63,364 bases of DNA, filler included, from Reticulomyxa filosa (GCA_000512085.1; 18 parts of 18 records of this genome joined end to end with filler, not necessarily neighbours in it), one strand, 5' to 3'; shown: positions 26,971 through 39,294, numbered from the whole stretch's first letter. Numbers and translations: made by a program. The notes: generated by a model from the letters alone, not told the origin.

Positions 26971-27480
26971 GAGCTACCGGCTTAATCTTAGAGTTGTTTC
27001 CTAAACCTTTTGGACATACGCAAAGTTCTTTTGAAAAACACCTTATCTCTGCCGTTATAACCACAAAAAAACTATTTCATGTTGTTATGGACTTCCACAA
27101 ACGTTTTGTTAAAATAAAATTAACGTAAAATAACATTTCAAATTTAATATGGTCGCAGTCATATTTGCTAATCTTTATTTTGAAAAAAATTATTCAACTT
27201 TTAAAAGTATATTTCGTCAGTGCTCTCAGTTTTGTAAGGTCATTTCATAGTGGCTTTTTTAAGTTTACTTCTTGTTGCAAACTACTGCATTACGAAAACT
27301 TAGAAGTAACAAAGTGGTTTTTTTCTTGAATGTTTGCCAAAAGATCTTTAGATTGTGATTGACGAAAAAGCTTAAAGTTGATTTTTTTTTGAATTATGGC
27401 ATGGAATTGAAGTTTCACTTAAATCACGCTTTTTTTGCGTTTAATAATTTTTTGGATAGTTTTGAAATTATAACTAATTC

Positions 27481-28526
27481 ATGAATCTTGAAAAAGAGCA
27501 AGAAAAAATGTATTCCTCAGGATCCGGTGTTTATTTTGTAAACACCAGCACTGGCACGTCAACAGGTATTTCTCATGAAATCAAGCCAGACAAAAAAGTA
27601 TATGAACCAACTCAAGTGTATGAGCAAAAAATACGTCAATTATTGGATAAACTCAAATTACAAGAACAAGTTTAATATATCTAAAATATTTTGCAAAAAT
27701 TGTGTACTTGCCATTTCTTAAACAAAAACTTAAAAATGAGTTTGTTAATATTGATCTTTTAACTCAAAATTTTTTGTGGATAAAATGTGCGTACTTTTAG
27801 TTTAAAGTTTGTTTGAATGTAGAAATATAATATCTTGAAAGGAGCACATGACAAAATGCTGGAAGATTTCAAATATAACCTAAAACTCTTGGATGAAAGA
27901 GACGCCGAATTGCAAGTAAAACCAAAGCAAACTTTAATCTTTTCCACTTTTCTCCCAAAAAATGTAAAAAAAGGTAACATATCGAAATATATAGAAATAT
28001 GATAATGATTTCCAAAATTACAGAGCAGTATGTGTTGTGTTCTGTATTCTGCGTCAAAAAAATACAAAACTTGGTTTCGTGATTTGGAAAAAAGGCACTG
28101 GAAACAAAGGAAGAGAAGTTGAAAGGACTAGCGAATGAATTGGAGACAAGAAAAGCACAAGAGCGAATGCAGCAAGAGAGGATGCAAGCGTTGCAAAAGC
28201 AAAATCAAAATCTTGAGACGGATGTAAAAAGTATTCAAAAGAGAAAGTGTCTATAATAGCTATTGTTAAATCATAGTAGTTTAATATCTCGTGAGCACGT
28301 TGAAGGCGCCTCATATGTGTGTGTGTGTATGCGTGTGCATGTGAGAACAGATAAAGCGTTTGAAGCAAAGCATTGAAAAGCAAATGAGTGATTTTGATGA
28401 GGAAAAGAAAAGAATAAAACAGCAGCATAGCATTTTGTTATCATCATTTCAGCAAACATTCGAACAAAAAATTCAGTTATTGCAAGTGGAGAATGACAAG
28501 GCATGCATATATAAACATCATATACA
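27481..28526 (+). CDS. Coiled-coil protein, CCDC57-like N-terminus; exons 27481-27669, 27823-27915 and further exons; 3'-truncated
   Basis: Exon 2 encodes HDKMLEDFKYNLKLLDERDAELQ, resembling the CCDC57 motif EDFxYNLxxLxERDxEL; downstream heptad-rich exons. Confidence 0.5.
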
Positions 28527-28626
28527 NNNNNNNNNNNNNNNNNNNNNNNNNNNNNNNNNNNNNNNNNNNNTTAATTAATTAANNNNNNNNNNNNNNNNNN
28601 NNNNNNNNNNNNNNNNNNNNNNNNNN

Positions 28627-28808
28627 ATGTTGATTTCATCCAACAAAAAAAAAAGTTATTAAAAAATCAACATCATATTTAAAAACTACAAGACTTGTAG
28701 ATATTTTTAAAAAAAAAAGTAGGTCTAAATGTTGATTTTTCATTGAGAAAATCAATTATCATCATAAGATATGTTTTAGACGTTCAGTTTTCTTTGCAAC
28801 CTACTGTA
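28627..28808 (-). mobile_element. Tc1/mariner-like repeat terminus (copy 4, at contig start)
   Basis: Close match to 35240-35428; ends CCTACTG|TA; internal palindrome CTACAAG-A-CTTGTAG. Confidence 0.78.
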
Positions 28809-29019
28809 TGCAATTTGTTTAAATTGATAAAATATTAATGTGTAGAATTTGGTATTCTTTTTTTTTAGTAGCAAATAGAACAAATGAAAAAGTGATTGAT
28901 TTGTGATGACACCATGTTTATTCAACACGAGATAAAATTTGAAATGTACTTAAAATGATTTTTTACAAATCTTTTTTTAAAAAGTAAAAATTTCGCATAC
29001 ACAAACAAATGATAAAACA

Positions 29020-30054
29020 TTATTTTGAGTTTTTCAAAAATGTTTGAATCTTTTGTCTCAAACCATAATCAGGAAAAAGTCGCAAATTTCCACTAATCAA
29101 TAAAGAAGAAGAATTTTGAATACTTTGGTATTGATTCATAATTGATGGTCGATCATATGTTATTCCATTTGAAGCAATTACAGGATCATTCATAGTTGAA
29201 TTAGATAATGGACATAAATACTCTTTTGGAATAACTTGTTCTGCAACATCCTTATCAGAGTCAATCACGTTCATTGGATATTTCTTGCAAATTTCATTGA
29301 ATGAGTCGTAAATAGCACAAGCTTGTAAAAATGTCTCAAAACGAAATATATCAATCAAATTGTTTTTTGACATTTTTGATAAAGACATTCCATCAATTTT
29401 ATTTTTTTTAATAATTTTATTGTATTGATTTATTTTTGATTTTTTACATTTAGAAGTATGTCCAATGAAAATTGAAATTTCTTGTGAATTCCATTCACCC
29501 CATTTCTTTTCTAATTCATTCCACTCTTTTTCTATCCAATTCTGATTTTCCTCAATCAATTTTTGCAATTTATCATTAGATTCATTAAATCCTTCCAATA
29601 CTTTGTTATTAAAGTCTTGGATTTCATTGATTGAAGTCATTTGTTGTTCCTTTTGTTGTTTTTCAATTAATATATCTCTTTCAATTGAACAAAGATAGTT
29701 ATATTGTTCTATGCATTTTGTATAATTTGAAGTTGCTTCATCCAGTTGATTCTTCAATTTGATCTTTTCCAAATATTTTTCATAAATTTCTTGTTGTATT
29801 GATTTTTGTTTTTTAGATATTCCTTCAAAATCTTTTGATACAATATTTACATCATCCTATATATTCAAACAAATCAATGTATAAATTATATACATAAAAA
29901 TAAATATAAAATCAAACCTTAATAGATGATTGATAAGAAAGTAATGTTTTAATTATGGATGGAATATCATTCATCCGAATCAAATCATTTGTTTTAGTTT
30001 GTTGAAATTTACCATCAAAACTCCAAATATCATCCCAATTCATTTTATTCAATT
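29020..30054 (-). CDS. Coiled-coil + SAM-like + U-box protein (putative E3 ligase), 5'-truncated; intron 29917-29857
   Basis: U-box IPKEYLCPLS..TMNDPVIASNGITYDRPSI...LFPDYGLRQKI; SAM-like WNSQEISIFI...KNKIDGMSLSKMSKNNL; a 61-nt intron joins an open upstream exon. Confidence 0.85.
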
Positions 30055-30154
30055 NNNNNNNNNNNNNNNNNNNNNNNNNNNNNNNNNNNNNNNNNNNNTT
30101 AATTAATTAANNNNNNNNNNNNNNNNNNNNNNNNNNNNNNNNNNNNNNNNNNNN

Positions 30155-31902
30155 CAATGATTACTCAGGAATGCTGCTGATCTATGTTGTTGAATCCATC
30201 TGGTTGCAATTGATGAGCTTTTTTTGCGAGCATTATTTGTAACAAGATCCACTCAATCAATAATTGGCAATTTATAAATTCAGAATCCCATTTGTTAAAT
30301 ATCGAATTAATCACGAACTTGCAATCGGTAGAATAATCACTCTTACGTAATTTGATCTATAATGATTACTCACATATTCCAATGCAAGTCTCATTGCTTC
30401 GATTTCCGATTCCCATTCCAGGATTCAGGAATGTACTTCCATCATAAAATATCACAATGCAATCAAAATCCAACGATGACAAAATTTCATCTGATGTTGG
30501 TTCATTGAAGATCACAAATTTATTTGATTGTGGCATCACTGCAATTTGGTTTTTTTTTACAAAAAGTAACTAACAAATAACATTCATGCTTCAACATTGA
30601 AGCAATAAATTTTACTTTAAAATTTGTTTTGGTGAAAACATTGCAATATTTTATAAATTCAAAATGATATCAATTTAATTAACAAAACATTTGTAATCCT
30701 TTGGGACCACGAGACTTCAGCAAATGATAGTGTTATATGTTTCAAAGGTAAATATCAATCAATTTAAAATGTATAAAAAATCAACAATATCAGTCACCAC
30801 CACTAACAAAATTAAACTAAACTATTGCAATCAAAATAAAATAAAACAAACATAAAATTTGTTGAAGCTTTCTTGTTGGTCTCCGGGCCTTTTCGTTGCT
30901 TTCTGGGCCTTGCTCGTCTCCTCGCGTACTTTTGGCGTGTTCAGCATCAGCGCATGTTAATGATATGCCTAGCCACGACGAGGAGAAGTATTTTTGCCGC
31001 TTCCTTTCGTGCCGGCATTTACCCCTATTGACTTTTAGTTAGTCAATGATGATTCAAGGGGATATTTTTTTTTTTGAATCTGGTTCAACTGATATAAATT
31101 TAAATGAGTCTTTGGTCTTGATTCATTCCAAATCTTGTATGCCAACACAAGATTATGACTATTGAATCGACCTGACCATCTGATACATTTGTGATACAAC
31201 TTCACCTCTTCTTGTCTTCGTCGTAATTCAAGAGGAAATAACATTGACTGTATCATGAGCAGTCTGGTTCATTACACCAAGAATTTTACACATTGCAATT
31301 ATTTGTATCCTTTCCAATCGTCTCTTATGTGTGTCTGCTGCATCATTCCAAAATGCTGGCGCATACTCGAGACTCGGACGAATGATGGTCTTGTAAATAG
31401 ATTATATATGGATAAACTTGGTCTGATACTTGGAATAAGTCATGTGAGAATCAAGGGACAATCCAAGATGATCGCATTCTTTCAGGTTTGAGTCTGCAAT
31501 ATCTCAATCACTTCTTCTTTTGTGATATTACTATCATTCACACTAATAAATCATCACTCAATTCCAATGGTTTAGATATCGCTACTTTAAATCTGATATC
31601 ATCTTCAATCATTTCATAATGTTTTTCATCAACATCTTTTGGAGGCTGAGGAGATTTTGCAAATGTCTTTGCCAATAGATATGCTTGCAACAATGCATAT
31701 TCTATTGATGTTCAATGCTTGAATTGTGTAAATAAATTTCTTGTATTCCCTTCATGCAGCGAATTAATGCTGTCTACAATCCAATTTTCAATATTTCTTT
31801 TTAATCTCAATCTAAATTGTTCCCATTTGTTGCTTCTCAGATTCCAAGTCTCAATCTTTTGTCCAATTACTAATTAATGGAAGAATAGACGATGAACATA
31901 AT
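30155..31902 (-). mobile_element. Decayed non-LTR retrotransposon (LINE) ORF2 with RT C-terminal region and RNase H
   Basis: Minus strand KIETWNLRSNKWEQFR, HLGLSLDSHM, YKTIIRPSLEYAPAFW..RRLERIQ (about 31300-31395), PLELRR; RNase H motifs FYDGS (about 30440), EIEAMRLALE (about 30400), TDCKFV (about 30320). Confidence 0.8.
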
Positions 31903-32430
31903 NNNNNNNNNNNNNNNNNNNNNNNNNNNNNNNNNNNNNNNNNNNNTTAATTAATTAANNNNNNNNNNNNNNNNNNNNNNNNNNNNNNNNNNNNNNNNNN
32001 NNAGGTTGCATAAGCACCCTAGTGTATTGCTTCAATGAGTCTATTTTAAGGAAATATAAAAAAAATTCTTTATTTTTTGGAGTCCCAATAAATTAATGTT
32101 ACAACCAAATTCTGCAAACTTTAGAGACTCTTTTAAAAAGGAAACCCAGAGTCATCTTTTTAAATCATTTTTAAAGTAATAGAACAATTTTTGTATGTTG
32201 ACACATTGAATTATTCAAAAGGATCCAAAAATGGCATTCAATACAATGGAGGACATACTGCAACTGAAATGATATATACAAACTCCTGAGGCTCCAAACA
32301 AGATCTTTGTTGAAACGTAGATTCTGAAAAATAGAAAAATTTGAGTTGATGATATAAATGTATCTTTTTTTTTAATTGGAATTTACTGATAATTGAGTTT
32401 TCAAAACCCTTTCGTTGATTTCATTAATTA

Positions 32431-32488
32431 AAAAATGTTTAAGTACGTGTTAAAAATGTTTAAGTACGTGTTAAATAAGTCTAAGTAC
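32431..32488. repeat. 21-bp tandem repeat (2 perfect units + 1 degenerate)
   Basis: AAAAATGTTTAAGTACGTGTT twice, then AAATAAGTCTAAGTAC. Confidence 0.8.
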
Positions 32489-32829
32489 ATATTGCACGTG
32501 TTTCAAAAGAAAATAATCAAAATGTTTCTACTCAAACATTGACAAAAAATTGATCAAAGGCTATCAATTGCCAAAATATTTGTTATGTATTTAGTAAAAT
32601 GATTAATACATACTCAGCATTCAATAGAATTATTTATCTGGCTATCAAAATTATCTAGTAATAGAAAATGTTCTTTATACACGTTTTTGAATTAATTTTA
32701 CGATCTATCTCTTCAAAAAAAAAAAAGAGAAAAGACGCTATATTATTTAAAAATATTTTGTAAACTGCCTAGTAAAATTTAAAAAAGACTACTTTAAGCG
32801 TTCGAGTAATATTACAAATCAAATCAGCC

Positions 32830-33902
32830 ATGATGATGAAATTATTGGATATTTTTCTATTGAATCTGTTTGTTGTAGCTATTGCCATCGGTTTGTATTG
32901 GCATGTCCAAAGTAACAAGCCTCCCCCTTTGTCACCTCCGCATAATTTCCGACATCTTCGCAAGTTTATTAAGGATGATCACCTTGTTCGACTGAGACAG
33001 TTATTCGAAGAGCTAGAGACATTCCCAGCAGGTTGGTCGAACTGAAAGGCATATTTTGCCGACTAATAGTCTTTTTTTTAAAAAAATAAATGAATAAATT
33101 AAAAAAAAGCAAAAGGTGATCAGACCAATTTTGTGTACCCTCATATTGGCGAAGCTGAAAATGCAACGGCTGAAGGGTTATGTTCGAAGACATATCTGAC
33201 ATTCAGTCCATCGATGCAAAAATGTGTATTTCCAAGCCGAGTGGATGTCGGCCGTCATTTTATCACTACAGGAGGATATGAGGGTTGGAAAGTTTTGCAT
33301 TTGTGCTACTTTTAACAAACTAAAAAAAAAAATTACACCTTTTTTAAATTTAGTGTACGTTCGCATGTTGGAACATTGCAAAAAAAAAAAAAAAAAAAAA
33401 GGGAAAACTGGAAACAATAATAAGTCGATCTACTGTATTTATCAACTATCAATTTAATCCTAATGACCGATCTGAATTCAGAGAATTGTTTGAATTGAAA
33501 GAATTTAAGGAAGCAGTGAACGAAGTGTGCGAATGGTATGACAAACCTTACTTCAAACCCTTCCAGCTGTCAATGATTTTGCTAACTCCAGGACAAGCAG
33601 TGCCTGCGCACTTGGACGTACCTTATTTCCAAGATGCGACGAGATACATCTTTCCTCAATGGCTATTGCTGGTCATGCAAGAAAGTGGACTGTTTCGAGA
33701 GTTGCGAATTCCTCAGGTTCAGGCTATTGTGTACGTTCATGAAGATGATAAAACCCAAAGAGTTGGGGGAGACTTTATTGCCTATCCTCAAGGACCACAA
33801 CACAATGGAGTACCTCTGTCCATCGACTCTGGTGTTGGGATATTTTGTGATGGTAGTGAAATGGTTCATGCCAGTTCGACTTTTCAGTTTGTTTTTTTTT
33901 TT
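32830..33902 (+). CDS. N-terminally anchored or secreted 2-oxoglutarate/Fe(II) oxygenase-like protein; exons 32830-33031, 33110-33291, 33402-about 33890; 3'-truncated
   Basis: Hydrophobic N-terminus; PGQAVPAHLD (HxD), AIVYVH, GGDFIAYP, CDGSEMVH (distal His). Both introns preserve the frame. Confidence 0.7.
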
Positions 33903-34002
33903 NNNNNNNNNNNNNNNNNNNNNNNNNNNNNNNNNNNNNNNNNNNNTTAATTAATTAANNNNNNNNNNNNNNNNNNNNNNNNNNNNNNNNNNNNNNNNNN
34001 NN

Positions 34003-35132
34003 AAAAAAAACCTTCTTTGGTCTCATGTTCTTCTTCCACCGGATTTTTTCAAATTCACGTTTCCAATACTCATAAAACTTTTCATCAAAGAAGATTTTGA
34101 TACTTGCCCGCATGGACGATGGTAAGTTTACTTCACTTGTAGCTCTCTCTCCAATGAACGACTCATACAATGTTGCTGCGATATCACGATACTTTCACAA
34201 AAACAACACAACTCGCTTTTTTTTTTTTTTTTTTAGTTCGAAAACGTCAAATGCAAATTTTTTTTTTTTTTCTCCTTTCAAAAAGGTTGAACATGTAACA
34301 AATGTCCATCACATAGAACATAAGACAAATATACACATGCAATTCATAATTGTGCATGTGTGTGAGTAGAAAGAAAAGGCAAAACTGGTCGCAAGTCAAC
34401 CCATGGTTGATTGGAATCATGTGGATTGACTTCGATAGTATTGGCGTGAATATAAGCCAGATAGCCCTCTTTGATTTCGGTGAGATATCTGAAATTGAGT
34501 CGAAAGATCTCTCTACGCCCGTGAGGGAAGAAGGTGTCCACGGTCTTGTATCTGCCATTGGTCGTCAGTATGGAGTGCAAGTCCAGCAGCATCGACCGAA
34601 ATATCAGCGCATGTGCCAAAAACGACAAAGTTTTCAATGGCATAACACTGCGACAGAAAATGTGCAAAAAAGTCGTACTCGTCCGTCATCTCACTTGTCA
34701 AGTATTCGTACAACTGTGGCGAGTGTCGCAACTTGGTACGGATACGTTCTAATGCTTCAAAATGTGAATCAGCCGCGACCCCCTTTTTTTGGATATACAA
34801 GACACACATATATGCAATATATGCAATATATACATATATGTATATATGTATATTTATGTGTCCAATAAAAGAACATTCCATACAATCATTTGAAAAAAAA
34901 AAAAAAAAAAAAAGATTAATTAATAAACGGCAGTTGCGGCCAGTTTTTTGAGGTCATCCTTATCCATGTGAATATTGGACACGCTTCCGGATCGATTGAG
35001 CGCTGAGTGAATGGAAACGCTGACGCGTCGATAGAATTGAGACAAGTAAAACAAAGGAGACGCAAACGTGTAAAACCCGACCATTCCAACTGCAAATTCA
35101 CCCAACATTCCACCCCACCCCCCCACCCCCCC
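34003..35132 (-). CDS. Transmembrane + RGS-domain protein, internal fragment
   Basis: TM helix FAVGMVGFYTFASPLFYL, then FFAHFLSQCYAIENLSFL (after removing one T near 34628) and LYESFIGERATSEVNLPSSMRASI, both RGS hallmarks; intron 34928-34783. Confidence 0.75.
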
Positions 35133-35239
35133 NNNNNNNNNNNNNNNNNNNNNNNNNNNNNNNNNNNNNNNNNNNNTTAATTAATTAANNNNNNNNNNNN
35201 NNNNNNNNNNNNNNNNNNNNNNNNNNNNNNNNTTGGATA

Positions 35240-35428
35240 AAATTATTTGAAAGAATGGTGATTTCATCCAACAAAAAAAAATTATTAAAAAGCAAATTTC
35301 ATATTTAAAAACTACAAGATTTGTAGATATTTTTTTTAAAAAAAATTAGGTATAAATGTTGATTTTTCATTGAGAAAATCAATTATCATCATAGGATATC
35401 GCTTCAGTTTTCTTTGCAACATACTGTA
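35240..35428 (-). mobile_element. Tc1/mariner-like repeat terminus (copy 5, at contig start)
   Basis: Matches the other copies; ends CATACTG|TA at 35426|35428. Confidence 0.78.
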
Positions 35429-35659
35429 ATATTCAAAACGATTTTACAAACAAATCCTGTATATTGAGTAAACCAGAATTGTCTATGCAATAGAATATTT
35501 AAAATATTGCGAGAGTATTCAACAATTGATTAAGCAAAAGACCTCTTATTAAATCTCTAAATCAAATTTAAAGAATAAAATTTTCAAGCGTTTTGTCGTA
35601 AAACACTGCTTAATGACTGTCTTTTAAAAATTTTTATTGATGTAATCAAATGATATCAA

Positions 35660-37837
35660 TTACTCGCTACTACTTGACAGATCAAAATCGTCTAAGTTTA
35701 GGGGTTCAATAACAGGAGGCTGTTTCCTTTCATCAATAATATCATTCCTTACTTTATAAATGCTATCGATAACCCAGTTATACGAAATAATACGGCACTT
35801 ATGCTTATGTGACAATTGTTTGGCATCCTCATTGGTGGTTGAGGAACGATCACAAAGTAAAATTTTCACTTGTTTCACATTTTGGCTATTGGAAGTTTCT
35901 TTGTTAGCTTGTTCACTTTCAATAATTGTTGCACCACCCAATGTCAACAACAATTTGAGCCTCAATGTTTGTGTTGAAATTTGATCAAACCTGACTTCAT
36001 AGTTTCCAAAAAACTTCTTTCCCTAAATATGTCGTTGGATATTACTTTTCTTCTTTATTAATTCTTAAAAAAAGAAAGAAGGTCTTTTTTTTAACTGACG
36101 TATTCTTTTGGTATTTGTCGATAATTGCACAAATAATTTTTGTAATCCACAATACATCCCTTGGCATGGCTGTCATCCAAAACTAAATAGCATTTAAAAA
36201 AACAAAGAGAGAAAAAAATCGAGAAAAAGAAAAAAGTAAATAAATAAATGAAAAAGTGATTGACAAACATGTCCTAAAAACCATGGGAATACCCGAAATA
36301 ATGCTAGCGTGCACTTTATGGTGAGAAGGAAGTTTGATGAGAGAAGAGTCATGTGAAAAGAGCATCATATCGGTACGGCCATATCCCCATTTCCGTGTGA
36401 GCTGAATTCCCAATGATTCTGCTTTCGCTTTCATTTCATCAAATATTTCTGCGGACAAGTTACAGCCACAAATTATTTTAGGATTCATCAAGGTATTGTT
36501 GCCGCTTACCTCATCTTCGTTATCATTGTCAATATCAATGTCGACAATCACCTCATTACTTTTATTTTTTTTCTTTGTGCGTGCCCTTTTATTGTCCAAA
36601 GGTCGATCGCATTCTTTATCTTTTGTCTTTTCATCTATCTTGGTTCCCCCGATTTACATATCACATTCAAAGTGTGGGACATCTGCACAGTGCATAGACA
36701 CATGTGAAGCACACAAAAGAAAAAAAACTTTAGAGTCTGAATGAGTGTCACTATTTAAGGATATGTTCGTCACAGCTGCTGTCTTGGCCGTGCCATTGTT
36801 ATTATCACTGGCGTCGCTGTTGTCATTTATTGATTCTTTGTGATTGACAAAATTCGGACGTCTCCTTTTGCTTTTCGGCATAAAAGACTTGAATACAATG
36901 ATATTTTTTTATATTTATGTGCTAACAACAACAAATAAATATATGCATATATACACTCATATATTTGTGTATAGGTTTTCTCTCTTGTCAACGAAAGAAT
37001 TAGTGTATCTCTTTTTATATGTGGAATACCACACCTCTCCACTGATAGATGATCCGCTACTACTTTGAGAGGAAATTGTTCGCTTTAATCTTCTTTTTTT
37101 GAAGGGTTCATTGGGAAATGGATTATTATTTGAGCTGTTGTCTTCATCAAAAAGCTTTTCGTCTTCTTTTTCTTTTTCTCGTTCTTTTATATTTTGCTTG
37201 TTTTCTTCATTTTCAACGTCGTTGTTCTCATGTGCTTCTCTCATGTTTTCGTCATTATCGTGATTATTGTAATAGTCCAATACTTGCTCATATGTTTGCG
37301 AGTTGTAGATTGACGCATTTTTATTGTTATGGGCGTCCATTTTAAATAGTACTGACGCTCGTCCAACGGCCGCACTCAATGTGTGAAATTTTTTTATTAT
37401 TGAATTTATGCACGCATTTTCTTTTATGTCTTTTGATCTGTACTTTGTTCCACATTCACTGCATTCTTTTCTTTTCTGACTTTGTGCGCATGACCTTAAT
37501 CGTAACAACAAAAAACAGCAGGAGCCATTTTTCATGCCATATTTCGTTTTGTTTTTTTATTTGTTTTCTTCCATTCAGGCTAGTTTTGCAACCTGCAAAT
37601 GTAATGAGGACAGCCCGCTATCATCACAGCATTCGCTTTTTCGATCATTTTGTTGCTGTAGTGTGTCAAGTGCAGTAGACGTCTGTTTATTTATTGCTCA
37701 TACATTTACGTTTTGTCAGAACAAAAAAAAAGCTAAAGTGAAATTATCCATTATTACCAGACATGGCAAGTTAACACTGACTTCAAAATTTCAATGCCCT
37801 TACTTAATTTCAAGATTTGTTCTTCATTAATTGACAT
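35660..37837 (-). CDS. BARD1/BRCA1-like protein: N-terminal C3HC4 RING plus two C-terminal BRCT domains; exons 37837-37758, 37655-37593, 37494-37035, 36887-36729, about 36638-36270, and 3' exons to 35660
   Basis: Spliced N-terminus ...LKSVLTCHVCNKMIEKANAVMIAGCPHYICRSC..KECSECGTKYRSKDIKENACINSII; BRCT hallmarks ICGCNLS..IISGIPMV and LKLLLTLGGATI..IISYNWVIDSI. Confidence 0.78.
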
Positions 37838-39294
37838 TATGGTTTAATTTTTATTATTATCTTTTGTCTTTTTGGGGTTGTGTCCTTTCATTCAATAAAC
37901 AGAGAACGATTTATTCTCCTCTGTCTTTTAAATATATTTGTCACTTGGTTTGAAATTTATCGATTTGCGAAAAACCAATTTGCTATCCATTCGTCTTTGT
38001 ATGTGAGGCTAATTTATTGGACATTTAGGGCAAGTCCCTATTATAAGTATCTGAACGTCAAGGGAACGGAGGAATCAACAAGCTTACTTCTTACTTTTCT
38101 TCACTTTTCTTTTGTTATCTTATTTTATTATTTGATTACTTTTATTTTACGAAAACCCTATTCTCTTCTTAGTAAACACCTCTCGTATTACAGTTAGTGC
38201 ACCAATACCGTCAGCAGACGTCCCACAGACATATCATACAATTTTCTTATTAAACCGCAATATTAATCTATTGTTACGTTTCTTCAAAAATGAGTTGAAT
38301 TATACATTAACCTTTTTTCATTTATTAAGACATCGTTTATCAACAGTTTAAAAAAAAAGAAAGACACAAACAAATTTTTTGAATTTATGAAACAAATAAC
38401 TGTCGATCTCTGAATAATTGTACAATCACCAACACAAAAAAGGTACAAATTTTGACAATAATTACAATACAACGCAACAGCGACCATTATCAACATAAAT
38501 GTCCGCGGTCGAAGTCCTCTTAAATAATTCTTTTTCAATTTCTTCTATTCCTGTAATGTTTTCACTTCTTTTTTTGTGATTGCTAGTAGCCAACGGTTTT
38601 CATTTCATTTCGGTCTTGTATATAAATTAATTTTATAATTTTTTTTGTGATTAATTTGATGATTGTTGTATTAGAAGAAAAAGATTACTGTTCATATCCT
38701 TAGGTTAGTGCGCTGTTTTTTTGTTTCAAAAAGCAAGCATGCAACATCAGCTTATTTTTTCTTTGTGCAATAAATTCAACGATGTATTTGGATGTGGATA
38801 TACTGCCGATATCGTGTAGCTGAGTAAGAGGGCAACTTGCAATCAATTTAATTCCTAAAATTTGACTCTCTTATCGATGTGTGAAAAATGTATGCATTAA
38901 TATATGAAATTGATCTTTAGTAGAAAAAACATAAAGATAACATTCTAATAGACTACTTGACTACTTTCACTTCTAATCAAATTTGCTCAAAAGAGAAAAC
39001 TTATACTATTACATTTGAATAATCCTTTTCTTTAATATTAATTTCCTAATTTTAGATATTACATCAAAAATATGGTGCTTAGATACTATTTTCACAATTT
39101 GTTTAATTTTTAGGACAGATCTTTCTGAAGATTTTAGCTTTACTGCTGAAATAATTTTTTGTGACGATTCTCGTTTACAACAAGGCTGTGGCCTGGCTTC
39201 TACGCTTAAAAGGAGCACAACCGAAAAATTTTCGGCTGTTGCATCTGCTCATCAATTGTTTGGCAAATTTTAGTAAGTTCTTTGCTTGATAACA

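Noticed and set aside
37838-39294. Small ORFs between the RING-BRCT gene and PHF5A
   Set aside because: No motif or consistent exon chain was found; treated as divergent intergenic DNA, though a small gene is not excluded.
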